Below, piece by piece: positions 18,446-27,769 of a stretch of 63,905 nt of DNA. The position numbers and the translations under genes were made by a program. The first letter of the stretch is position 1; each line of letters starts with the position of its first letter. The DNA is from a virus (Duplodnaviria; Caudoviricetes), in the IMG/VR virus record IMGVR_UViG_3300037245_001426, positions 1 through 63,905 of that record; one strand, 5' to 3'. Below the pieces are notes generated by a model. The model was not told where the DNA came from, made no database searches, and worked only from the letters and a program-made list of their open reading frames with translations.

Positions 18446-19069
18446 TCACACTATCACCCTCCTAAAGAATCTTGAGGTACGCTTCCTAAGATGATATCGC
18501 CCTGTTACCTTGTCGGCAGTCACTTCCTCCATTTTTTGAATGAGTAGCTCAAGCTGTTCGTTGTCATGCTCCAGTTGTTGGTTGCGTGACTCTATAGTCC
18601 TAATGTACTCTTGTAGCATTTCAGACGTTCGGCAAACTCGCTGGTACTCGCGATAAAGTCTCTGTGCTGATTCATTCAACGTATCGAAATCAGCTTCAGA
18701 TTGGGCTAGACCGGCTTCCTGGGATGCGATCGTGGCTGCTTGTGTCTCGATCGTGGCTGCTTGTGTCTCGACCGTGGATGCTTGTGCCTTAGCTGTTAAT
18801 GCCTGCGTTGTCAGCGTGTACTCCAGCCCTGTAATGACATTAAAATGATCGCCAAACAGGTACATCTGTGACTCAATTATTTTTGATTGTGAGGCAGCGA
18901 CCTTTTCCTGGGAATCGATTGTGTTAGTTTGGTCAGCCACGCACTCAACCAATACCTGTATGTGCTCCTGTGAGTCGCGAATTTTGTCAACATTGACGTG
19001 TATCGCCACAATTGACAGTAGGATCAAGGCCACGGCAGTGGTCACGAAGGTGGTACAGAAATACTTCAT
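18446..19069 (-). CDS. membrane-anchored coiled-coil protein with heptad repeats
   Basis: N-terminal TM; ETQAATI repeats encoded by 21-bp tandem units near 18728-18786. Confidence 0.65.
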   Translation of the reverse strand: MKYFCTTFVTTAVALILLSIVAIHVNVDKIRDSQEHIQVLVECVADQTNTIDSQEKVAASQSKIIESQMYLFGDHFNVITGLEYTLTTQALTAKAQASTVETQAATIETQAATIASQEAGLAQSEADFDTLNESAQRLYREYQRVCRTSEMLQEYIRTIESRNQQLEHDNEQLELLIQKMEEVTADKVTGRYHLRKRTSRFFRRVIV

Positions 19070-19090
19070 TACGACTCCTGGATTTGAGAA

Positions 19091-19524
19091 TTAAAATTGG
19101 AAAGGTCGGAAAAACACCCCTATAGAAGCGGAGATAATATACATGGCACGTAAGAACAAAACTGCAACAGTTACCACTGCTGCCAATATCAACAAAAGTT
19201 CGGCCAATTCCCCTACTGACTTCATAGCCACACCCCACTTAGTGAGGCTATCATAGCTACAATACCCATCCACAAGAACGTTATAACTACGACCATCGAC
19301 ATGAATGCTACGATCTTTTTCATGTTACTCCAACAGTGCTTTCAATGCGGGTTCGACTAAGAAGAAGCCGATTGTAAATGTCACAATGCTGATGACCAGT
19401 AACAGTGTAAATCGTTTCATATGATCCTCCAAATAAGTGTTAACACATTTGCGGCCAAGAAAGTGGCGATGACCAAAGACACACCAATCAAGCATGCCAA
19501 AGACATTTCCAGGAATTTGTTCAT
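19091..19524 (-). CDS. four consecutive tiny single-TM peptides (19417-19524, 19325-19420, 19222-19323, 19091-19225)
   Basis: Manual translation; each 31-44 aa, hydrophobic, stop/start coupled or 1 bp apart. Confidence 0.6.
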
Positions 19525-20471
19525 GCCAGTGCCTTCACCCCGGAGATTGGAATATCGTAATCGATTCCCTTCTCCTCAGCATAGGCTCTGATGTCAAAGT
19601 ACAAGTCCGCCGTGCTGATTTCACCATTAGCCCAAGCACCGAAGCGGGTATGCAAACCGAATCCGACGGTGTCGCCCATGTGTTCGATCATTTCCTGGAC
19701 GATGTTCTTTGGCTGGCGTCTCTTCTTGAAGGGGTCTGTGGCAATGGACTTACCGACGCTGATGCCTTTCTCTCCTCGAAGCCTAGCGTCCTTGATCTTC
19801 TTAACAGCCTCAAACTGTTGATCAGGATCTTTTAGTCCGTAGATTTCCTTGATCTGGTACTGATTCAGCAGACCCGCCGAAGCCTCGTTCTGAATTTCCG
19901 CGGGAAGGTCCAGCAGATTATACCGAACCTGAACCCAACTCATCGAGACGCCAAGTGCCTCAGACGTCTGCCGCCTGTTCAGCCCCAAGTCTTTCAGATG
20001 CTTGATCGCCTTGGCTTCCTGCGTAATATCAAGCGCCTGTCGCTTGAGATTCTCGCCAAGATTAACAAGGCGAGCCTGGATCTCGGTCAAGCCGACCTTG
20101 ATCATGCACGGTATCGTTGCCGTTTTGCTGATCCTGAATGCAGCATGGCGTCTGTGGCCAGCTACGATTCTAAAATCAAAACCGTCTGCCAAACCATCAG
20201 TGTCGAACGCTGGTTGTACGGCAATTGGAAACTGTAGACCGTACTGGTCGATGTCCTTAATCAGATCCACCACGTCAATTGGCATGATCGTACCGCGGCA
20301 ATTGAAATCTGCGTCGGAATAAATCCGACTCATATCAATCTGAACGACCGAGTACTCGTTCAGTACATCTTTTACACTGCCCGCCCAGCTACACACACTG
20401 CAGCGTGCTATTTCTTTGAGGTTGAAATCTTCCTCGTGAAGCTCACGGTAACACTTAGGACAAAGGTTCAT
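19521..20471 (-). CDS. ParB-like protein with N-terminal zinc ribbon
   Basis: GLQFPIAV, IVAGHRR, ENLKRQ.L, HTH; N-terminal CPKC/CSVC. Confidence 0.85.
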   Translation of the reverse strand: MNLCPKCYRELHEEDFNLKEIARCSVCSWAGSVKDVLNEYSVVQIDMSRIYSDADFNCRGTIMPIDVVDLIKDIDQYGLQFPIAVQPAFDTDGLADGFDFRIVAGHRRHAAFRISKTATIPCMIKVGLTEIQARLVNLGENLKRQALDITQEAKAIKHLKDLGLNRRQTSEALGVSMSWVQVRYNLLDLPAEIQNEASAGLLNQYQIKEIYGLKDPDQQFEAVKKIKDARLRGEKGISVGKSIATDPFKKRRQPKNIVQEMIEHMGDTVGFGLHTRFGAWANGEISTADLYFDIRAYAEEKGIDYDIPISGVKALA

Positions 20472-20637
20472 TCAAGTTCTCCTTGTATACCGGGTGATCG
20501 TATACCGCATCTGAACGCGGGCCGGTCCAAACGCATTCGTTACATTTGAGATCAACATCCAAAGATCCGTGCTCGTAATAATAATCCAAATCGCTACAAA
20601 TTACATTGCGGCAAGTGGGGCACAGAAAGTTATTCAT
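20455..20637 (-). CDS. zinc-ribbon protein
   Basis: CPTC...CNECVWTG. Confidence 0.65.
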   Translation of the reverse strand: MNNFLCPTCRNVICSDLDYYYEHGSLDVDLKCNECVWTGPRSDAVYDHPVYKENLNEPLS

Positions 20638-20639
20638 AG

Positions 20640-20792
20640 TTATTCCAATACAGTCGGCTTTTGGTCTAGCGCGTCTTTATCAGCGCCCACCCACTTGCAG
20701 TTAAAGCACCTAACTAAATCTAGTTGTGGATTCGTATCATGCTTACGCAGTACTTCGTGTATCACATGATGGCAACGTGGACAGTAAGTCAT
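20640..20792 (-). CDS. zinc-ribbon protein
   Basis: Manual translation MTYCPRCHH...RCFNCKWVG... Confidence 0.65.
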   Translation of the reverse strand: MTYCPRCHHVIHEVLRKHDTNPQLDLVRCFNCKWVGADKDALDQKPTVLE

Positions 20793-22066
20793 TCGAGTTC
20801 TCCTTGGATATTGACGTGGTAACGGTTAGGTCCGAGATGCTCTTTCTCAGTTCTCAACAGCATCTTCAATCGCCACGAGATACCTCGGTCTTTATGCACG
20901 CCAAAGATCCATTGGCTCGGCTCGTTCGCCACTGACAACGATTCGTACGCATACGGCGAGGTAGCGGTCCAAGATCCATTGATTATTACTTCGCCGCCGA
21001 CTGCGTCTTGCGTGGCCGGAGAATGGAAGTGTGCGAAACAGAAGTAGTTAGCTTGCCGATTCTGGACCGTACTAAGTGCCATCAGACGCCGAGTTTTTCG
21101 CTCGATGCCGTACCACGGAATACCGTTCCAGGACCGTACATCATCACCATGCGATACGTAAAAGCCGTAGCCCTCGATATCCAGGCACGCGGAGAAGGAA
21201 TCAGGAATCAGGAATTCTACGTTCTCTATGTTGGCACACGTCATCAAGGCAGTCTGAGCTACCAAGTAGTCCCAATTGTCGTGCGCTCCATGGTAATCCT
21301 TCTTCTGGCTTCGCCGACCGTGGTTACCAGGAAGATACAGAATCTTGATCTTATTGAAGTGGGGAGCCAAGTCCCTTAGCATCAGGGAGTGAAGTTGTCC
21401 TACCGCAAAGGCGTTCTTGAATGAATTACGGTACGCACTGTGGTCGGTGGCACCGTGAATGTCGCCGGACACATGGTCCCCATTCGCTAGGATGATCAAC
21501 TCTGGGAAATAGTAGTTGGCCAACGTGTTCTTCGTGAACTTGAGTAGAGTATCAACGTACTCTTCAGCGCGGCGGCAAGCGATTCTAAAATCAAACCGCT
21601 CCAAACCCCCAACCTGATGCGGAAGAATGATCGAGTCCGCGTGCTCGTCAGACAGATTTGCGACCAAAGTTTCCCTTATCAGCTTCTTGTCCGTACACAC
21701 CTTTTTAACCGTAGGCAATGGGGTTATGGGCGTGACCACCGTGTGCATTTCGTCTACCAGCGCCTCGAAGACACTGTTATCGCGCTGTGCCGCCTTGTAA
21801 GCCAGCTTGCACCGCCTAACTTGGTCGCTTAGCGCTACATTCTGGGCCTCCAACTTGAGAATCCTCTCATTAGTCGGGTCAGCCTGTTCCTTCACAGCCG
21901 GAATATCGACCGACGCCAGGCCATTTTTGACTTTGGAGACGTAACCTTGGCTCACTCCGTGCTTTTTGCTGATCTTAGACTGGGACATAGTTCCAATATC
22001 GGCGGCGATTGCGTCAATCAACTCTTGTGATTTCTTAACGGCTGGCATTGTGGGCTCCTTCATCAA
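20789..22066 (-). CDS. HTH + calcineurin-like metallophosphoesterase
   Basis: SDEH, GD, PGNHGR, HGD, AHFH; N-terminal HTH and coiled coil. Confidence 0.85.
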   Translation of the reverse strand: MMKEPTMPAVKKSQELIDAIAADIGTMSQSKISKKHGVSQGYVSKVKNGLASVDIPAVKEQADPTNERILKLEAQNVALSDQVRRCKLAYKAAQRDNSVFEALVDEMHTVVTPITPLPTVKKVCTDKKLIRETLVANLSDEHADSIILPHQVGGLERFDFRIACRRAEEYVDTLLKFTKNTLANYYFPELIILANGDHVSGDIHGATDHSAYRNSFKNAFAVGQLHSLMLRDLAPHFNKIKILYLPGNHGRRSQKKDYHGAHDNWDYLVAQTALMTCANIENVEFLIPDSFSACLDIEGYGFYVSHGDDVRSWNGIPWYGIERKTRRLMALSTVQNRQANYFCFAHFHSPATQDAVGGEVIINGSWTATSPYAYESLSVANEPSQWIFGVHKDRGISWRLKMLLRTEKEHLGPNRYHVNIQGELE

Positions 22067-22460
22067 CCTCAGCGTAAACAGGTACAGCGGCCATCGCCAT
22101 CGGGATCAACCACCAAAGGTTGTCATTCACGTTTGACGGTAAGTGGTCATAGGAAAACCACTCAGGTCTTTCATCAGTCATGTTTAACGGAGCAATAAAC
22201 GGAATGCTGGTCGCAAAGCAATATACTGAGTAATCCCAGCCGGTCAACTGGCAGAAAAGTCTCCATGTGGCCTGCGAGGTAAAGAAGCCTGTTTCCTCGT
22301 TGAACTCGCGTGTCATCGCCTCACTTGCAGTTTCATCGTCATTGATTTTACCACCAACCCCATTGATTCTGCCCTTCTGCCAATCCGGGCGTTCCTTGTT
22401 GATTAACAAGACTTGTCGTGACTTGTGATCAAAAGCAAAACCTAATACGTAATGATTCAA
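22035..22460 (-). CDS. NUDIX hydrolase
   Basis: GGKINDDETASEAMTREFNEETG Nudix box; TTG start likely. Confidence 0.88.
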   Translation of the reverse strand: MNHYVLGFAFDHKSRQVLLINKERPDWQKGRINGVGGKINDDETASEAMTREFNEETGFFTSQATWRLFCQLTGWDYSVYCFATSIPFIAPLNMTDERPEWFSYDHLPSNVNDNLWWLIPMAMAAVPVYAEVDEGAHNASR

Positions 22461-22711
22461 AGTAGGCCCCCAAATTTGATGACACAGTAAAAGGCCAAGG
22501 CAACGACTGCAATGACCGCGAGTGATATGAAAATCCATTTCCGGTGGCTGACAATATCGGCACGCTCTTGACGCCGGGTGCTTGCCGCATCACGCCATTT
22601 AGCCAGACGGGTCTGACGCACAGCCTGCCGACTGCCTCGTTGTACTATAAATTCTGCCTTCGACTTGAACGTATCTTTCTTACCCCGCAAGCTCTTGAGC
22701 CTTTTGAACAT
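22457..22711 (-). CDS. basic protein with C-terminal TM
   Basis: Arg/Lys-rich, hydrophobic tail. Confidence 0.55.
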   Translation of the reverse strand: MFKRLKSLRGKKDTFKSKAEFIVQRGSRQAVRQTRLAKWRDAASTRRQERADIVSHRKWIFISLAVIAVVALAFYCVIKFGGLL

Positions 22712-23015
22712 TAGTTCTCCTTGTCTATTTCTATTAACTCTGCGTTACATTGAGTGTGCATTCGATTCTTTGCAAGTGCTACACCTATTGGGTCTAGGTG
22801 CTTAGGACTTACCAAAATAAGAGTGTCAACAGGTAACATCTTCAAACCACTATGTACATTAGCTGCCCGGTAGTGTACGCCCGAAGTTGCAAATTGTGTG
22901 CGTATCGCGTCGAACACCCACTGGGTAGTAGGAAACAATACCATGACGCACTTACTGCCCCGATCAATTGCTTGATTAGCTCTAGTAACTGCTTTGTCTA
23001 TGTACTCTTGTGTAG

Positions 23016-24875
23016 TCATACCAGCCTTTCCTCGCTTTGTTTATCTAAAGCTGCTGTCATCTCACCGAGCGTCAAGGCTTGTAGCTTGTTCTTTTTCTGC
23101 AAATTGTCGAGTATCAAACGATCTGTTTCCAAATGAACCAAGTCAATGATGGTGGCTCCCCGATTAACGTCCATGCCGATTCTATGGATGCGACTCTCAC
23201 TTTGGATTCTGTGGTCAAAGTCAAAATCGTTAGAATAGTAAAGAATGGTAGGCGAGGCTGTCAACGTAATGCCCATACCGCCAGCGCCAGGCTGGGCAAT
23301 GAATACTACGTGAGGATATTTCTCTTGTTGATTCTGGAAAATGTCCAGTGGTTCACCTTCCATGTCTCCTTGATTCCATCCTCGGCCATCCACGCGAATG
23401 ACCTTCCACTGGTGGGCCTTCGCTACTTCAACGCATCTATCTACGCTTCCAGTGAATCCGCCGTAGACTACAAGGCGGCCAATATCAAAATGGTCATCCA
23501 AGACGTCTACCAGCGCACCCTCTTTAGGGCAATCTACTTGCTTTGTAGTACGCTGGAACCTAGGACGCTTGCCTTTACCGCCGCAACCATCACAGATTGT
23601 TAAGTCTATAATCTGTTCATCGTCACAGGCACACTGATCTGATGTTAACGCTTCCTGCTTACCAGTTCCGTGGCAGACTGGGCATTCTTCCTCACCAATT
23701 TTCTCTTCCATGTACTGGAATCCGTCGCTCAACTCTCTTAACAAAGTGATTCCAGAAATCACCGTGCTCGCAGCCCTGACGATGCTGCGAGCAAGATTGA
23801 TAGTTTTCTGAGACGGTTCTAGCTCGATAAGTTTGTAGTGCATATCGGGAAGATCCAAGCAATCTTTCTTACGCCTTACCAAAACTAAGCCCTGCATCCG
23901 GTCGTACAGGTGCGCGACCTCATTCTTGCTCTTAATAAACGGATGATACTCTTCATCCATTGCTCCCGCCAGTGCCGCATCATGCTGGGGTTCACCTTCA
24001 AAGCCGCCGCAAGTATCGCAGCGGTTCTCGTCATCCTTCCAAGCCTCAATGCTCGGGAAGCTGCCGCCCGCCGGGGACTCACGGTCCACTATCACAGCTA
24101 GACGCCGTTTGAACTTGTGAATGTTGCCCTCTTTCAGGAACCCTGGACACGCGACTTCACATTGATGCCACCAGTCAGCCGGACTCTTCGGAGCGGGAGC
24201 ACCACTCATTAGGATAACGGAACCTAGATCGCCGTGGTCCTGGCGGATTCCATCTGCCAGCATTTTTCCGGCTTTCGACCGCTGAGTGCCAGGTGTTTTG
24301 AGTTTGACGGATTCGTCGAAGAAGACCCCTCTAGGGGCCATACCGCCCTCAGGCCACTCCGCCATGATTCTGACCAGCTTTTCGTAGGTCATCAACTCAG
24401 GCTTGATTTTTGAGTCCCAGTGTCCTAGCTGCAGGTTGACTTCCTTGAGCGCGGACATGGGAGCTATGAACCACCAACTACTGTGGCCGGACCGTTCCAT
24501 CACTTCGATGGCCGCCAGCGTTTTACCCAGGCCCATCTCGCCTGCGATAATACAATAGTGACGAGTCAACATAAAGTTGACGAATTCTTCCTGGTGGTAA
24601 AAGAGTGACCTGTCGAAATCAGCCTCAATGATTTCAGCATCATAACGGGCGAAAGGATTCTCACCCTTGAGGTAGGCCAGTTGGAAATGGTTACGCGGGG
24701 AATTGGACGCCCGCCAAAGCTTCGTCTTGGGGTCCCAGCGGGCGCCCTCCATGGCCTTGACTTCAGCAATCAATGCACGGTTAAATCCGAACTTGAAATA
24801 GAGCAAGTCCTCTGTATGGTTGATATGTAGAGGCACCCTATATTGTCCTAACCGGACTTTGACTGTCTCAATCAT
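23016..24875 (-). CDS. SNF2-family helicase with zinc-finger insertions
   Basis: EMGLGKT, FDES, SGAP, GMGITLT, QSESRIHRIG; CPVCHGTG/CDGCGGKG insert. Confidence 0.88.
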   Translation of the reverse strand: MIETVKVRLGQYRVPLHINHTEDLLYFKFGFNRALIAEVKAMEGARWDPKTKLWRASNSPRNHFQLAYLKGENPFARYDAEIIEADFDRSLFYHQEEFVNFMLTRHYCIIAGEMGLGKTLAAIEVMERSGHSSWWFIAPMSALKEVNLQLGHWDSKIKPELMTYEKLVRIMAEWPEGGMAPRGVFFDESVKLKTPGTQRSKAGKMLADGIRQDHGDLGSVILMSGAPAPKSPADWWHQCEVACPGFLKEGNIHKFKRRLAVIVDRESPAGGSFPSIEAWKDDENRCDTCGGFEGEPQHDAALAGAMDEEYHPFIKSKNEVAHLYDRMQGLVLVRRKKDCLDLPDMHYKLIELEPSQKTINLARSIVRAASTVISGITLLRELSDGFQYMEEKIGEEECPVCHGTGKQEALTSDQCACDDEQIIDLTICDGCGGKGKRPRFQRTTKQVDCPKEGALVDVLDDHFDIGRLVVYGGFTGSVDRCVEVAKAHQWKVIRVDGRGWNQGDMEGEPLDIFQNQQEKYPHVVFIAQPGAGGMGITLTASPTILYYSNDFDFDHRIQSESRIHRIGMDVNRGATIIDLVHLETDRLILDNLQKKNKLQALTLGEMTAALDKQSEERLV

Positions 24876-25408
24876 GGCTTGTATTCCAATAGGTATGTGG
24901 TTTCAGTTACGGGTATCTTACGGTAGTCGCTCCAAACAGCCGTGAGACCCAACTGGCAGAATGTCTGATGACACTCTTTGAAGATCCAAAGAATGTCTGG
25001 ATTGTGTTTTGATGCTAGCGCGGTGGTGACCGCTTCTTTCCACTGTTTCAGATTCCCTGATACGACAGCGACTCTGCCTTTAGGATTCTTTCGTATCGAG
25101 GCCGAGACGGACAAGTCCGTCATTTCCATGATCTTGAACATCGTAGATGCGGAAGTATCAATCAGGAAACTGAAGAATAAATGTGCCAGCAATGGGTTCG
25201 TGCGTAATGTACTGTTAGGTTCCAAGTCTCCCTTGAACTCACCTAGCGAAATAATGTACTTGGCCATATCCCCCCACTTAATAATGCTACGATCAATTGA
25301 AGAAGTTGGAGAATGGCCGGTCAACTCTGCGACGTACTTTAAGTAGTTCTCCCAGTCTAAGCTAGGGATCGCAATCAATCTGACGCCTGTTTGACCGGCC
25401 ATCTCCAA
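24872..25408 (-). CDS. ThyX-like protein (degenerate)
   Basis: VRLIA, LAHLFFSFLI, SGNLKQW resemble the ThyX scaffold; no RHR..S motif. Confidence 0.4.
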   Translation of the reverse strand: MEMAGQTGVRLIAIPSLDWENYLKYVAELTGHSPTSSIDRSIIKWGDMAKYIISLGEFKGDLEPNSTLRTNPLLAHLFFSFLIDTSASTMFKIMEMTDLSVSASIRKNPKGRVAVVSGNLKQWKEAVTTALASKHNPDILWIFKECHQTFCQLGLTAVWSDYRKIPVTETTYLLEYKP

Positions 25409-25416
25409 AACTCCTG

Positions 25417-26070
25417 TTATCGTTGTCGAGCGTTTTCGTCACCGGCGACGACTTCGACGTCACTTTCCGGCGGGTTCTTGAACTTCGCAACCTCCGCTTT
25501 CAGTACGTCCAACTCGGGGATCGTCAGTTGCGCCGAACAAGGAGTCACGACTGGACCGTGCCACTTGAACTTTGATTTCGGCGGATCGATCAAGATCGCA
25601 CGGAAGGTGGCCGCTTTACCGATCAGCGGAGCCATCTTCTTTGACTCGCGACGTGCAGTCTTACTGTTCATGTGGTACGTAGCGAAGACCCCAGCAGACG
25701 GAATCCACAGGAGGAATTCTGTACCAAACATGCAATTCGAGTCGCGGATGAAGGACTTCTTCTTGATCTCACTGTACGTTTCGCTGCTGGCATCATAATT
25801 GATGACCAACTGGTCGCCGCTGTTGTCAACAGCCTTCGACCGCCAAGTACAAATGACCGCGTCGATCTCTTCACCCAAGTCGTCGATATTCTGATCCTTC
25901 ACGAAACCGTAATGTCCGATTCCGATTTTGCCCTCAGCGCAAGCGTCGGACTTGGAACCGAACAGTTGAAAACGGCCAAGATAATCGTCTCCACCGGAGA
26001 CTGCGTTCTTGAACTCCTCCAGATCAGTGGTGCCGGAAATGTCGGCTGGAATCAATTGGTTTTCGGACAT
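25417..26070 (-). CDS. putative single-stranded DNA-binding protein
   Basis: Position in replication module, aromatic beta-strands, acidic C-terminal tail. Confidence 0.5.
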   Translation of the reverse strand: MSENQLIPADISGTTDLEEFKNAVSGGDDYLGRFQLFGSKSDACAEGKIGIGHYGFVKDQNIDDLGEEIDAVICTWRSKAVDNSGDQLVINYDASSETYSEIKKKSFIRDSNCMFGTEFLLWIPSAGVFATYHMNSKTARRESKKMAPLIGKAATFRAILIDPPKSKFKWHGPVVTPCSAQLTIPELDVLKAEVAKFKNPPESDVEVVAGDENARQR

Positions 26071-26219
26071 GATTCTTTCTTCTTTCTTCTTTGTTGATGT
26101 TGTTGATGATGTTGATGATGATGTTGATGTGTTGATGATGATGATGATGATGTTGTTGTTGTTGTTGAAATCAAACCCGCCTAGGCTTGTCGGCGGGGAT
26201 ACCGCGGACGCCTAGGCGG
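26071..26219 (-). repeat. GC hairpin followed by (CAA/CAT)n tract and purine-rich leader
   Basis: Stem ccgcctaggc/gcctaggcgg (26177-26186 / 26210-26219); triplet tract 26091-26167. Confidence 0.85.
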
Positions 26220-26231
26220 ATTAACGTATGC

Positions 26232-27269
26232 CTAGCCCTTGTCGGGCGTGGCGATCTTCTCGGCGGCTTCCGCAGCCAGCTTGGCAGCTTCATCAGCCTT
26301 CTTCTTCGTACGGTCTGCGGCACGCTGCTTCTTAGCGTCCTCGACTGACTGCTTACGGGCGTCATCCTCAGCCTTACGTACCGCGACACTGTCCGGGTCC
26401 ATGTTAAGAACCCACTGCACGCCAAGTGCGAAACCTTCTGCGGCCTTCTTGAGCTTGTTCTTAGAGCAAAGCTCAGGTCCGATTACGGACGACTCCAACT
26501 CATCCTTGATGATCGACATCTTCTGGAGACGTGGGCTCGCAACAAAGACGGCGGGCTCCTTCGAGCGACCCTGACGCTTGGCGTCCGCGAGTTCCTTCGC
26601 ACGCGTGGCAACCAGCGGGGTGAACTCGTCTGCGTTCAACGTCATAGCCTGGTCAACGTAATTGCCCTGCTCCTCGTTTGGCAGCTTGGAAAGAGTCACA
26701 GCGTTCGATACCGTGATTTTGCCACCATCGACAAGATCCTGGACCGCGCCGTCGAGCTTGAGTAGATTTAGCCGCTGTCCGACCCAAGAAGGACTCTTGG
26801 CTAACTTGGCGGCCATGTCGGTCAGGGTGAGGGTGGGATTCATCGCGAACATACGCTGAAGCTGCCGGGTGTACTGAACCGGCTTCGTCTCGATCCTGTG
26901 AACGTTCGCCATGATCTGCGCTTCGAGCGTCTGCGAATCATTCAGGTCAACAATGTTGATGGGGAGTTCAGTGATTCCAACATCACACGCCGAAGAATAG
27001 CGGTGAAGACCGTCGACCAACTCGTAATAGATTTCGCCAGTGACATCGTCCTTCTGCTCACGCACGTTGATCGGATTCAGGACGCCTACGTCCCGGATCG
27101 AGTCACGCAAACCGATGTATTTTTCATCCTCCTTGTTGACAGCGCGTAGGGCGACGGGATTCTCACGAATGGAAGATACCGGAATCGTAGGGACACTGAG
27201 CGTTGCGGTCATGAAGACCTCCTCTGAAAAAGAGTGAACTGATTTTGACGTCAAAGTCACATCTGTCAT
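26232..27269 (-). CDS. second ParB-like protein
   Basis: LRDSI..GVLNPINV, LVDGLHRY, AN.HR, HTH; true start may be 27212 (after GAGG). Confidence 0.85.
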   Translation of the reverse strand: MTDVTLTSKSVHSFSEEVFMTATLSVPTIPVSSIRENPVALRAVNKEDEKYIGLRDSIRDVGVLNPINVREQKDDVTGEIYYELVDGLHRYSSACDVGITELPINIVDLNDSQTLEAQIMANVHRIETKPVQYTRQLQRMFAMNPTLTLTDMAAKLAKSPSWVGQRLNLLKLDGAVQDLVDGGKITVSNAVTLSKLPNEEQGNYVDQAMTLNADEFTPLVATRAKELADAKRQGRSKEPAVFVASPRLQKMSIIKDELESSVIGPELCSKNKLKKAAEGFALGVQWVLNMDPDSVAVRKAEDDARKQSVEDAKKQRAADRTKKKADEAAKLAAEAAEKIATPDKG

Positions 27270-27539
27270 TTGTCAATGATCTACAAGTCTTGCGTTCGCA
27301 TGTAAACACTAATCGCCTCGGCCACTACTCGGCACAATTCCGGATCTAATGTCCTGTCACTTACCCGCTCGTCACACCAGCATTGCGCGGCGATTTCCAG
27401 AGCGGCTTTCATAATACACGGATCTACTGATTTCCCTAACGTGGCCGCTGATTTTGAAGTCAATTGCTCACCGTGATTCTCCTGTCAAAAGGGCAAAATC
27501 AAATCATTACCACTTGCGCGGCTACCGCGCCTATGCAAG

Positions 27540-27571
27540 GTAATATACGTACATACGGCACGGAATGTTCA
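27540..27571 (-). promoter_or_regulatory. phage promoter P1 (leftward replication operon)
   Basis: TGAACA-N12-TGTACGTATATTAC; one of three copies. Confidence 0.8.
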
Positions 27572-27737
27572 CGAGAACCGGAAAGATTAGGAAAATGGCG
27601 CGCCTATACATACGAATAACGTATGTTCACCACTTTCTACTACTCTTTCCTATATATATACTATTCTCTAGAGAAATAGAAAGAAAGAAAGAGAAAAGAC
27701 ATAGAGCGATAAGGAAAAGGGATAATCCGGTAAACAG

Positions 27738-27769
27738 TGAACAATAGAGGCCGATTGTACGTATATTAC
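27738..27769 (+). promoter_or_regulatory. phage promoter P2 (rightward primase operon)
   Basis: TGAACA-N12-TGTACGTATATTAC. Confidence 0.8.

Noticed and set aside
16100-22460. Z-genome (diaminopurine) or deazaguanine modification pathway
   Set aside because: No purZ, datZ, dpdA or que genes were recognised.
26009-26215. Plus-strand ORF with poly-Met/Asp/Leu
   Set aside because: It is an antisense reading of the triplet tract.
27600-27630. Fourth copy of the phage promoter (TGAACA at 27624-27629, minus strand)
   Set aside because: The downstream element lacks CGTATATTAC at the conserved spacing.
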